Positions 21,154-32,100 of a DNA stretch of 64,000 nucleotides are shown piece by piece; positions within the stretch are counted from its first letter, which is position 1; every line of letters begins with the position of its first letter. This stretch comes from Giardia intestinalis (Eukaryota). The notes under the pieces were generated by a model, which was given only the letters and a program-made list of their open reading frames with translations, was not told the origin of the DNA and made no database searches. The stretch is taken from the NCBI GenBank assembly GCA_000002435.2, contig CM018791.1. One strand, given 5' to 3'. The position numbers were made by a program, and so were the translations under genes.

Positions 21154-21798
21154 TTACTCGCCCACGCGCGCGTCGAGGCGCGCAAGGAGCACGGCGCCTG
21201 CTCCCCGGCTCAGGGCCCGCTTGAGCGCGGAGGAGGATACTTCGGAGGCACAGACGGTCGCGAGTACCGTCAGGAGCCCGAGCGCGGCCCGGCTGGTCTG
21301 CGGATACGCTGCCCTCTGGTCCGCCCAGAAGGTCACTAGTGCGTTCCAGCGGGCCGCGTTGCACGTCATGCCGCGAATTCTTTCCAGGCAACGCCGGTGC
21401 GCGTCTCCGCGTTCTCCGCCGCTGAAGCCCCGATACTCCGCGGTAAACCCGTCCCGGTCCACCCCTGGAACCGGGAATGGCTCCGGAGGCGCCGCTCCTC
21501 CCGCTGCCGGGGCACACACGGGGGACACCGTCAGCCGGAGAAGCGGAAGGCACTGCCGGTACGCCGACAAGCACGCATCGAGCTCGGCGACAAAGGCCTC
21601 CAGGGCGCCCGCAAGGGACCTCCTCTCCTCGTCAGGGAGTGCGGCCCCATCCCGAAGGCGCGCACCCAGCCGGGGGAGGCGGGTCCAGACCCCGGCCCGG
21701 AGCTCGGCGAGCACCGTCTGCAGCGCGTCCCGGAGCCCGCCCATCTCCAGCAGCGCGTGCCCCCTGTGTGCAATGGGCAACATCGTAAGGTGCAACAT
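21154..21798 (-). CDS. GC-rich ORF (214 aa): second copy of the repeat-borne GC-rich coding block with its own ATG; protein of unknown function, or a pseudogene fragment
   Basis: ATG verified (cat at 21796..21798), 12 codons outside the repeat boundary. It lies 13 bp downstream of the stop of the ankyrin gene 21811..22527. Residues 13-214 are identical to residues 200-401 of ORF 5379..6584. Confidence 0.4.
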   Translation of the reverse strand: MLHLTMLPIAHRGHALLEMGGLRDALQTVLAELRAGVWTRLPRLGARLRDGAALPDEERRSLAGALEAFVAELDACLSAYRQCLPLLRLTVSPVCAPAAGGAAPPEPFPVPGVDRDGFTAEYRGFSGGERGDAHRRCLERIRGMTCNAARWNALVTFWADQRAAYPQTSRAALGLLTVLATVCASEVSSSALKRALSRGAGAVLLARLDARVGE

Positions 21799-21804
21799 AT
21801 CACC

Positions 21805-21811
21805 GTTTACT
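21805..21811 (-). terminator. Giardia-type polyadenylation signal AGTAAAC overlapping the TAA stop of the ankyrin gene
   Basis: Minus-strand sequence gcaTAAGTAAACggtg. It matches the AGTRAAY consensus described for Giardia. Confidence 0.5.
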
Positions 21812-22527
21812 TATGCACGAAGCGCTTGCCGCATTTCTTCAGTTAATCGACCAGTTCCCCGCGCTGTCTGAGCGAGAGCCATGCGGCCGTACTTCTCCAT
21901 TTCATAAGGAGCCAGCATCGCCACAGATCCTGCATGTCCACCATAGGATGCATGTACAAGCGCAGACCACCCATTTAGGTCTTTAAGAGTGCGTTCTTTC
22001 GACAGCAGCAATCGAACGCACTCTGTCCGCCCGTACCGTGCAGCCTGCATGAGCGCCGTTTCACCTTTAACGTCAAATATGGCACCTTCTAAGTCTCGAA
22101 GCTCCCGCACAGCCGCAGCCTGTCCATCTATGGCTGCCCGCATGAGAGCTGTTTGCAGGGACAAGGTCTGAATTCCTCCTTCTTTGGGCGCTAATAATTT
22201 GATGACAGGAACATGACCACGGGAAGCGGCGATCATCAAGGCAGATACGTTCCGCCAAGTGGCAGTGGAAAAGCGGTATGCAGGAACGACCTTCCGTGCT
22301 TCTGCAGGAATCAGCATCTCCACTATCGCCGAGTATCCCCGCTCCGCTGCATAGTGGATTGCGGCCATGCCATGCCTATTGACGCAGCCAGCCTCTTGAA
22401 GATGTTGTAGAACAGCTGCTGCGTTTCCCATCTGTGCAGCAGCTATTAGCGGTGTGTTGCCTTCATGGTCGCGATCAAGAGTCGCTAAGGAGTAGGCTGT
22501 GGTGCTTGAAAGTTGACTCAGAGGCAT
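21811..22527 (-). CDS. ankyrin-repeat protein (protein 21.1 family), 238 aa
   Basis: ATG verified. Six or seven ankyrin repeats (TPLIAAAQMGN..., TALMRAA..G, SALVHAS..GH). The start lies only 26 bp from the divergent start of the next NEK gene. Confidence 0.8.
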   Translation of the reverse strand: MPLSQLSSTTAYSLATLDRDHEGNTPLIAAAQMGNAAAVLQHLQEAGCVNRHGMAAIHYAAERGYSAIVEMLIPAEARKVVPAYRFSTATWRNVSALMIAASRGHVPVIKLLAPKEGGIQTLSLQTALMRAAIDGQAAAVRELRDLEGAIFDVKGETALMQAARYGRTECVRLLLSKERTLKDLNGWSALVHASYGGHAGSVAMLAPYEMEKYGRMALAQTARGTGRLTEEMRQALRA

Positions 22528-22553
22528 TTATTTTTTAGCGGACAAAATTAGCG

Positions 22554-25500
22554 ATGCTTGCTGCTGAATTCCGCAAACTATACTGCCTATCAGAGCCCAT
22601 CGAAGTCAGTCCACATATACGCACATATGACGCCGTAAGAATAGACGGACCCGGGACTTTTACGTACTTAGAGCTTTGTTACGCTAAAGCCTTTCAAATC
22701 TCAGTGCTACCAACTCTCGATGCACTGGAGGATTTTCAAAGATTGAGGCATCCTAGTATTGTTCCGATTTTAGAGATAGTCTATGATCCTTCTTCAGGGA
22801 TCGTGGGGATTCTAGTGGAGCAGATCACTGATATGACTCTGCGAGACTTAATGGACGATTTTATAAGGCACAAACTGTCTCTCCCAGAAGAGCAGGTGTG
22901 GGACATTGTTGCTCAGGTCGTCAAGGCTATGCAATACTGTCATTTGGCGTATAAGCCCGGATCTCAAAATCTACGGCGTGTCATCCATCGGTGCCTTCAT
23001 CCTAACAATATCTTTGTTAGTGCGAGCGGCACTGTGCGTGTAGGATTTCCTGAACTCAGCTTCCTCTTGGGTTGCATTAAAGCATCTGATTTGTCACCTG
23101 GTATACAACGCTATTTAGCGCCAGAGGTTATTGCTGAACAAACTGTCTCTGATAAGTCCGACGTGTGGTCGATGGGCGTGATCTTCTATGAGCTTTGTAC
23201 TCTGACTCCCCTACTTCCACTTCTTCAAGGCAATGAACTTATTGACAATATTAATATTCTTCGCACGCATATTTCAGTGCCCGGATACTCCTTTGATATG
23301 TGCGATGTTATCAATGGGATGCTGTCCAGAGAACCCCTCCACCGCTTTTCTACATATGAGCTACTCCATCATGAACGGATTCAATCAGCTTTGTTGAGAC
23401 GTGGCCCTGTAGTCGCACAGACTCTACATCAGACTATAGAGCCGGACAAATCTGCCCTTGGGCTCACCGCTTACTCACTGTCCGAGGATGCCCCCAAGTC
23501 TAGCTCCGACAGTGTGGAAAAGAAAAAGGCGCATATCAATAGGCTACAAAATAGCAGATACAAGCCCGAGAAGTTTGACGCGGCAACACGTTTGTATTAT
23601 GGTGTAACCGACTCTGGGGATGATATCGATTTGTCCTACAGGGGAACAGATTCAGTAGTCACAGGAAAGCCATATTCACAGATTAATTTCGAACTTAAGC
23701 ATGGAGACACTATGGATAAATACAATAAAGTGCACACCAATGATTCTTCACAGACAAGAATGGAACACAATCCTTTTTCTGACTCATCTATTCAAACCAC
23801 GCTACCAAGGGATGGGACTAAAGAAATCGCCCCTCAATGTTGCACTTCTAGATCTAAATCCAGGTCAGGCTCTAGAGCATCAGGCCGATCTAAGTCGCGG
23901 AAGTCAGAGTCTCGCTCGCTGCGCAAATCCAATGCCAAAGCGGCTAGTGCATCGTCTGCAAAAGACCAGGCTCCTCCGGCTGAGCTTGAAAATATGATAG
24001 ATCAGTATGTTAGATCCACTCGGACCGAGATACCACGGTCTATTACTACAGACTCCAGCACTATTGCTAATACAATGACATCGGTGCTAGCCCAGAGCTT
24101 AACTGAAAATGCTAAAGATGAGAGCTTCCCGCTTCCCCCCACGATAACGAATTCAAGTTATAAGCCGGCCGCAAAGCTGGACTCTAACCTTAATCTCTGG
24201 GTTGATGACATAGTCGTGAACGTGCTCCAGAAAAAACACGGATACTATACTATGGATGATATCAAAAACCGGCTCTTTGAAATTGTTCCTGGAATGCAGT
24301 TGGAGCCAGGTGTGAGTGTCCATTCTCCCTCCGACCTAATTGCCATACAGATCCTTGCGGAAGAAGTAGAGCGTCGACTCGAGCCTTATAGAAGCCTGTT
24401 CCCGTCAGTGAATCCATCAGGGCAGCCAGTAACTGCTAGCTCAACTGCCAGGAGCATTAGTGATATGGTGGAAAATGAGAGCCAGCTGCCTCAAGAACTC
24501 CAAGCAGACAGGCGGGTTTTAAAATCCTCTCATCCAAAGGGCAGAAGTTCCAGTCATCTGGCCCCGCATGAGCGGATTAGGCAGAACATGTCTACACTGG
24601 GAACAGCGCACGCCGTTTCAACTCTTTTCCGTAAGGATACGAGTGCCTCTATGGAGGACGGTAACTCGTTGCAGAATACCTCAATGACTGAGTCCAGCCG
24701 GCCAAAGATGACTACGCTGGATGACTACAATGAGCAGAAGAGTATTTGCAATGCTATAAATGCAGATGGTTGGAGAGAAACCTGGTCTAACACGACGTAT
24801 TCACAACACGTTGTTCCACGCTCTGCAGAGGTAGAGTCTCTCGAGTACACTAGCCGTCCAATTGAGTACACAAATTTGATGAAAGCAGCTACACTGGGTG
24901 ATATCGATAAGGTGAAGCTCCTTATCTCTCTCGAGGCCAATATAACTACGCGCCATGGCGTGACTGCACTAATGTTTGCTGCGGCTGCTGGTCATCTGAG
25001 TGTCGTGGAAACCCTTCTCCCGTATGAGGCAAAAGGCGTCGACATGGATGGTCTTCCTGCTCTGTCGTATGCGGTCAAAGGAGGCCATGCTGAGATTAGC
25101 AGGGTCTTGGCGCCCATAGAAGCATGCATCATTGCCAAGAACGGACTCTCGCCGCTCATGATAGCGTGCGATTACAATCAGGTAGCAATAGCGTCCATTC
25201 TCAAAGAATACGGTGGACGGCTTTGCACATCGTCTGGAACGACAGCTCTGATGCGCGCCGCCCAGCGGAATAGCTACCCGCTCTGTAAAACCCTCTTTGA
25301 TGTCGAGGCTGCCATGCAAAACAACGCTGGAGAGACAGCCATGCTTATTGCTGCGAAGCAGAACTATGTACAGATAGTTGAGCTTCTTGCAAACAGAGAA
25401 AATAGAATACCGAATGCGCAGGGTACAACTGCTCTGATGATCGCAGCCTCAAAGAACTTCGTGGAGATTGTTCGGCTGCTTTATCGGATGGAGAGCGAAA

Positions 25501-25964
25501 TGAAAGACATCTACAATGAAACGGCACTGATGAAGGCAGCTAAGGCGGGCGCCTTGGATGCCGCAGCCCTCCTGTTGGAGGCAGAGGCAGGAATGGCACG
25601 CGAAGATGGCAAGACAGCAATGATGTGTGCAGCAGAAATGGATCGCATGGAAATGGTAGATCTGTTACTCAAAAAGGAGTGCAACAGAGCGATGAAGGAC
25701 GGAACCACTGCCCTAATGCTGGCTGCTCAGAAGGGGCACAGGCGCATTATTCAACTTTTGGCACGGTTCGAGGCGAAGAGGCAGCGGGTCTCCGGTGAAA
25801 CAGCTCTTATGCTTGCGATACGTCACCAAAACGTTGACGCTATAGAGGACTTGATAAATTATGAAGGCGATATCGACATGTACAACGGAACTACCGTAGA
25901 AGAGATTGCCAGGCTGACGGGGAATCCCACTGTCATCTGGGCTGTTGCTAGTAGGTTTTCTTAG
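22554..25964 (+). CDS. NEK-like kinase-fold protein (predicted pseudokinase) with Ser/Arg-rich linker and C-terminal ankyrin repeats, 1136 aa
   Basis: ATG verified at 22554. The kinase-fold N-terminus has HRC in place of HRD (VIHRCLHPNNIF) and GFP in place of DFG (RVGFPELS). The APE motif (YLAPEV) and subdomain IX (DVWSMGVIFYEL) are present. There is an SR-rich low-complexity tract (SRSKSRSGSRASGRSKSRKSESRSLRKS) and about 12 ankyrin repeats in the last 380 aa. Confidence 0.8.
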   Translation: MLAAEFRKLYCLSEPIEVSPHIRTYDAVRIDGPGTFTYLELCYAKAFQISVLPTLDALEDFQRLRHPSIVPILEIVYDPSSGIVGILVEQITDMTLRDLMDDFIRHKLSLPEEQVWDIVAQVVKAMQYCHLAYKPGSQNLRRVIHRCLHPNNIFVSASGTVRVGFPELSFLLGCIKASDLSPGIQRYLAPEVIAEQTVSDKSDVWSMGVIFYELCTLTPLLPLLQGNELIDNINILRTHISVPGYSFDMCDVINGMLSREPLHRFSTYELLHHERIQSALLRRGPVVAQTLHQTIEPDKSALGLTAYSLSEDAPKSSSDSVEKKKAHINRLQNSRYKPEKFDAATRLYYGVTDSGDDIDLSYRGTDSVVTGKPYSQINFELKHGDTMDKYNKVHTNDSSQTRMEHNPFSDSSIQTTLPRDGTKEIAPQCCTSRSKSRSGSRASGRSKSRKSESRSLRKSNAKAASASSAKDQAPPAELENMIDQYVRSTRTEIPRSITTDSSTIANTMTSVLAQSLTENAKDESFPLPPTITNSSYKPAAKLDSNLNLWVDDIVVNVLQKKHGYYTMDDIKNRLFEIVPGMQLEPGVSVHSPSDLIAIQILAEEVERRLEPYRSLFPSVNPSGQPVTASSTARSISDMVENESQLPQELQADRRVLKSSHPKGRSSSHLAPHERIRQNMSTLGTAHAVSTLFRKDTSASMEDGNSLQNTSMTESSRPKMTTLDDYNEQKSICNAINADGWRETWSNTTYSQHVVPRSAEVESLEYTSRPIEYTNLMKAATLGDIDKVKLLISLEANITTRHGVTALMFAAAAGHLSVVETLLPYEAKGVDMDGLPALSYAVKGGHAEISRVLAPIEACIIAKNGLSPLMIACDYNQVAIASILKEYGGRLCTSSGTTALMRAAQRNSYPLCKTLFDVEAAMQNNAGETAMLIAAKQNYVQIVELLANRENRIPNAQGTTALMIAASKNFVEIVRLLYRMESEMKDIYNETALMKAAKAGALDAAALLLEAEAGMAREDGKTAMMCAAEMDRMEMVDLLLKKECNRAMKDGTTALMLAAQKGHRRIIQLLARFEAKRQRVSGETALMLAIRHQNVDAIEDLINYEGDIDMYNGTTVEEIARLTGNPTVIWAVASRFS

Positions 25965-26127
25965 TTGCACTCTTAACTTTTCATATACAGATGCATAACT
26001 GGCCCAATGGTTTGAGGCTACCAGATTGTAAATTCCTTGGATGCTAACCACTACGCCGGCAGCTTAAATGTACGTTTACGTATTTGTAATTAATTTATGT
26101 CACCCGTCCAAAGCAAGCAAAAAACCA

Positions 26128-29100
26128 ATGAGCACTGAGGATGATTACTCCGGAATAGATAAGGAGGAGTGCGAGAGCACTGGTGAGGGTGCAACAGCGG
26201 AAGATCCATCGCGCTCGCCTTCTGATTCGCCAAACTGTGAGAGCTCTCCCGAAGAGCCTGGTGCAAAAGAGCAGACAGTGCCGCTTCAATTTCCCAAGCT
26301 ACCCGTCAGTCCAAAGCAGGCCGCCAGGATTAAGCTCTATGGACGCGCACCCAATCCGTCTATGGTTTTGAATGGAGTAGAGTATGTGCTCCAGAGACGA
26401 CGCCGTCCCCGTTACCGAACTGACCTACTCCACGAGGATATGTTTGTTGTCGTCCGTATGCAAAGGTTGTGCGGACCTAAGGAGCACATTAATGCCATTG
26501 CTCGCGTTCCAGCTAGGCTCTCCGTCCCCATTCTAAACGAAAGCTTTGACATTGATGCATATCTTTCCTCCACTTGTGTAACCTTAGAGGTCTTTGACGT
26601 GCGGCGGCACTCCAGCGACAACACTGTCCTTGGACGTACGCTGCTCTATCCTCGTTCCGAGCAGACAACCTTCTATCTCAGCGATATTATTGGGTTTGCA
26701 GAGGTGTTCAGGCCCAGAGGTGCGGACTTAGTGGCTCATGGCATTATTCCAGGCTCTCAGGCTTGCTTGGAGCTAGCCTGCACAGAGGCCTGTCCCTCCA
26801 GAGTTGTTCCAGCCAAAATGTGGCGGCGTGCAAAGCTTTTTGTAGTGAAGGCCACTCTTGGCTTATCCAAGTTTCCACTTGCACCATTATTCTTGCTCAA
26901 TTCAGAACTCATGGAGAAGGCCTGTTCTGACAAAGTAGAGAACATGGAGGAGGTGCGGGGCTGGATGGACACTAGCCGTGCACGCCTTTTGTCGCTAGCA
27001 TCTCTGCCTCCGTTTCCTAACAGCAGTTTCGATATTAGTCAACGCGTTCTTTCGGCATCGCTAGCGGGTGCTGGTGCTATGTGTCAATTACTTGATAGCT
27101 TGTGGGAGCACTGCAACAGCCTCCCAGCAGTCCTCTCTGATCTTTCCATAGACGTCTTCTCTGCGTTGTTACGTGCCTTTCTTCACCACAACACTCCTAC
27201 CTGCGATGTTCTGGAACAGATGAAGACTATGTCTAATTGGTGCGCTATCTTTTCTTTTAAGCTCAAGAACATCGAGTCTACAAAAGTCTTGACGAAGTGG
27301 ATCGGGAGGACATTCATGAAGCAAATGTTCCCATACCTCATTGATTCTCAGAGTGTGACCGTTCCAACGTGGTCCCGCGCCTGTGCATTAGAGCCATCCA
27401 TATCCATAGAGCTACTTGATGCTATTTATCACCTTGAGGTTGAACTTTTCAAGAATCAGTCTGTCTGCTCTGAGCCAGACTACACGCCTCATCCAGCGAA
27501 CCACATGCAGGGATTTACTCAACTTCTAGATCCTGTCTTTAAGATCTGGCTTCAGTCATTTGATGATGCCGTGCATGCAGGGAATTATGGATACGCTTTC
27601 CTCATGGCCTCCAAAGGAAAAACTAACGACTCTAATTTATTTGCACCATTAGGCCTTATATCTTTGTCCAAGACGCTTGTATTTTCAAGCATTGACTTTG
27701 AGGTTACACAGAAGATGATTTTGCAAACACCTAGTGCGATATCCAAATACGTTACCACTGCCCCCATAGACTGGGTTATCCTTAGTGGAAATAGAGACAT
27801 GCTTACTGGATTCTTATCTACTTGCCTAGGAAATAGCGAGTCCTCTATTGATCTTGTCTACAAGACCTACGAATTTGCTTTGAATGGGGGCATTCGAACC
27901 CTTCGAGACGTTCCGCAGCAGCTGATGCCAACGTTGACTCTTCCTCATGCAATTGCTCTCATCATGGGCTCTATGGCTTTTGGGGACGCAGACCAGCTTC
28001 TAGCGCTGTTGAAATCCCTGCGTACATGTGTGTTTGAGCCTGCCACGGAAAACTGCAATCCCTTCCCACTTTTCAACATCACGAAGGCATTTATAGATAG
28101 ATTGCTTGTGCTAGATGATGGCGGCGCTTGTAGATTCTCTGTCCCAGTGTCTCTGCATGCAGTCCTTATGGAGCTTGTTAGTCCGTACATATACCCCCTC
28201 TTTTCAACCAGCGATCAAGTCAACTTATTATCGGCCATCATTGATAGTCAAATAGATCAAGACTTCATCGTAACGATGCTCACAACGCTTTCTTCTAGGG
28301 CGTCTGTCTTACACTGCAGCGAGTCACGATGTCTTTTGGAGCACGCTATCAAGAGAGGTAAGTTGCATGTTGCTGCTTGCCTATTGTACGATCTGTTCGT
28401 TGATCCAATTAAGCACATGGGCTCGTGGTTGGCGTCGCTAGGCTGCTATAGTGACGATGTCATCCTGCACTTTATAGATTCATTGCTGCTCAGAACTACG
28501 CTGACAGAGTGTGATTCCGCTATTACTGCAATTTACGAGAATACCTATGGCGCACTGATACGGCAGAAACGGTTTGACAGCTTGCGTGTTATTAACGCCC
28601 ATGTAAAAGACCTTATGTCATCAGACGCATTTCTCGGTTATAAGCGAGCGCGGTCTGTTGATGAGGACATTATTAAGCTCTATCTATTTGCAACCATGGC
28701 ACCATCTGGAAAGATACTGATTTCTGATAGAACAGTCGACGACATCCTAACCCTGGTGGATATTTTTGGGCCACAGTCCCTGGCCTCAGCTGATATGCTT
28801 TTCCAACTGGGCTCATTTGGACTGGACGAACTGCTTGAGGAATTGTTGGGCTCAGAGCTTGCCATGCCATCGGATCAGCTATCACGTGTCTTCGCGGACA
28901 TCATAAACAGAGTTACGTCTATCTTGCCAAGCCTTTTAACTATTTTCCTCAGATTCCTTGATTACGCGCTTTCTCCTCTGACAGACAAAGAGGTCAAGGA
29001 TGAGGTTACACGCCCGTTCCTTGACTTCCTTAACCATCCCAATATCATGGTTCTTTACCTTCTTGCCGTAGAAGACAGCGTCGCTCTCATACACGAACGC

Positions 29101-32100
29101 TTGGAAAAGCAGCTTCAATCTTCTGGACTATCATGGGATAAGATCGCCAACATGCTGGCCGGAGGGGATGTGGATCAGGTGAAAGGCAGCGGGCTTACCT
29201 ATCTAGGTATTGTGCAAAGTATCTTGACAAGCGCTCTATCGGAGTACAACACTAAGCTGGATCAGGCGCGGGGGTTTGCAAAGCTTGCATGCACACAGAT
29301 GACCAGCTCTAGCCTGAGGGCCATGGTAGGCCACCTGGAATTTCTTCTTCTCCAGCGTGCAGTGAAGAATGCCTTTATAAACGGTTCGGCAATATTTACT
29401 CTGAGCTTCATGTCTGCCCCCACTGTCCTTTCTAGTTCTCACTTTATTTGTCCATTTTCTATGACCGTACTTTCCACGCTAAATCTCTGCGTATCTGAAT
29501 GCGAACAGCTGACGTGTCTGGGAGCATATCCGGTGCATTTAGTTTCTAAAGAAATTCTGCAGCGAATTCTGCAGATAAAGGGCATACATGCTCTGCGCCA
29601 TCTACCTTTCAAGTCTGTTGCTTATGCTCCAGAAAATACGGATATTATGGATTTACCAATAGTCCAAAGCTATTACAGATTTCTTAATGCGCTAAATTCG
29701 GACGAGTCACGATCCACTGCTTCTTTGCCGATTGCTCCTAAGCAATCCGTTTCTGAACAGATTGACTCGTTGACGGATGCATATCTAGCTGCTAAGGTCG
29801 ATAAAGCCCACAAGGAGAAGGATGACTCTTCCCCCGTTATGTTTTCTGCCCAGTTCGTGGACGGCGACCTACTGTCAGCGCCAAAGAGAGAGTCTGTCTT
29901 TCGTGGGGATACCATTCTGCATACCATCTTCTCTCTCTTCGACTTCGGTTCTTTTGACAATATCTCAGAGTCTCTCGTGAGCACCTTCTCCGATACCCTA
30001 GCGAACATTATCGCAGAGCATCATAGTTCTCCATTTACCCAAATTAATGCTTCTTACAAGACGCCGCTTCAAATGATTAACATTAACTCTCTTGATCAGG
30101 CGTTGCTGGTCCTGGCTGTTGTCAAAAAGGTCGATCCGGCCCTGCTTGCTCCTCATGTGGACGCCTCGGCAGATTATCCATCCTTGGTCCATTACTTTTT
30201 GTTCAAGCTGATCACAAATTCTAGCGAGCATGTTCTATCTCAGATGCTTCCGCTGGTTCCTAAAGCTATCATGCGTGAATTCCTACTCGCTCCGTGCTAC
30301 TCGCTTTCTAATGCCATCTTATTAACAGCTCTTTTACGGCGAGGGGTAAGCGATGCAGATTTTCTCATAGGCGTTTACCAGCAGTACGGTTGCTTAAATG
30401 AAGCAGCAGTGATGCCCGACTGTGGCGGGTGGTGTGCAATAACCGTTGCGCTCCAGAATCCTGATATCCTAGAGGTACCCGGTGCGCTTTTTGAAGCGGC
30501 CATGAAGTCCCCCAAAGAGCTTCTAGTCAACAAATATGGACACACACCTTTGCACTGTCTGTTTTTTAATGGACGCCTTGTATCTCAAACACCGCATAAG
30601 GACAAGGAGCAATATGTGTATGGTTATCACGTGCTATCAGACACAAAGATAGATCCCGTTTTCAAGCTCTCAGTGGCCCAACAACTCACCGAGGCAAGCA
30701 CATCTAGTGATGCAATTTCCCAATTAGACAGATTTGGAATGACACCCCTCCATTATGCTGTCATTTCTTCAGCCTTTGTATGCATGGAATCTCTCTTGGG
30801 CAAATACAGTTCCATACAGCTGCTTGATAAGGCTGGCCTAGATAGGGACGTCACACCTCTGGAATTAGCGCTCGCGCGGAAATCGGAGCCAATGGTTCAG
30901 CTGCTGCTTCAGAAGGGTGCAAATCCGCTGCGGCGGACCTCTGTGACGTCGTTTTTGGGGGAGTCCCTTACTGTTTTTGCCCGTCTCATTCAAAACGGCT
31001 ATCTCAACCTAGCGTATACCGTCATCTATCAGCACGCATCAATGAAGAGCTTGTTGCTGAGCGAGGCCCTTCATGCTAACACTACAAACTCCAAGCCCGT
31101 TCTGCGAGCCCTTACAGATGGAGCAACTGAGGCATGTGTTGCGTATTTGGCGTTGTCTATTTCAGGGAGATCTGTAGACAAGCAGATAGTGAAGGCTATC
31201 ATGGACTTGTTGCAGGGCATCTACGTTGGAACAGGAAAGAAGTTCCACATGACAACCTGGCTAGGCTCCTTTGCTTTTTCGTCACCAAGTTATTGGTTTA
31301 GTGGGGATGATAGTCTATATAATTCGTTCGTCAAACTGGCAGCTGTAACAAACTTTGCGGAAACCAGCTTGGCATTTAATCTTCGCCTAATTACATCTAA
31401 TATCCCCGTTAAGCTGATTTGCAACGGTTTACGTGTGCGCCACTTGGTAAGCTCTTCAAAAGCGAGTAGCGACTTTGAAAACGATTCTGTCCTTATTGAG
31501 AAGGCGTCGCCCATTGAGCTCATGCTTCTCAAGTTGTACCACACCCCCTGCCAAAGCGTTTTTACCGAGAAGGAATTTCTTATGCTGCTCCAATTATACG
31601 TCTGTAAGAGCCTGCATATTTCTCCTCTCGTTTCACGGATTGTCCTTGACTTTCTCACTGCTACACAGGCAGGGACTCTCACGAGAGCAAACGTGCAGTT
31701 CTGCAGCCAGTTCTTCAAGTCTCTAAGTGCCATGCTTGTAGTCGACGAGTGCTTGGTTCCCAACTTGGCGGTGAAGACCCTCAGGACGCACGCTAAAGAG
31801 TTCATCGTGAAGCTATTGGGGACCGATGAGATTCTGACCAGGCTATTTACGGTCCTGACCCTACCTCCTCCTACGAAGGCGAATTCGGGCCCTTGCCAAT
31901 TGATTATGCTAGGACAATCAATGAATACTGATGGCCGCTTTATGGAGGACTATACACCCTGTTGCTTGGAAATTCTTAAGTGCTATGTTGCGACAAACTC
32001 TGTTGTATGGCAGTCGTTCTTCTCTGCCATCTACGGATTACATTCCGAAATGCACAGGAATCCCAAGCCGGTGATAACCCATGTGTTCGATCAACTAAAT

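Larger units (their letters stand above)
16768..21763. repeat. Right arm of the 4996-bp perfect inverted repeat (palindrome 1)
   Basis: Mirror of 5975..10970 (coordinate sum 27738). The spacer between the arms is 10971..16767 (5797 bp). Confidence 0.9.

Noticed and set aside
26068-26127. The first 20 codons (MYVYVFVINLCHPSKASKKP) of the giant ORF as called by the track
   Set aside because: The ATG at 26128 has the canonical A-rich upstream context and the upstream 60 nt are AT-rich and promoter-like, so I used 26128 as the start. The longer version cannot be excluded.
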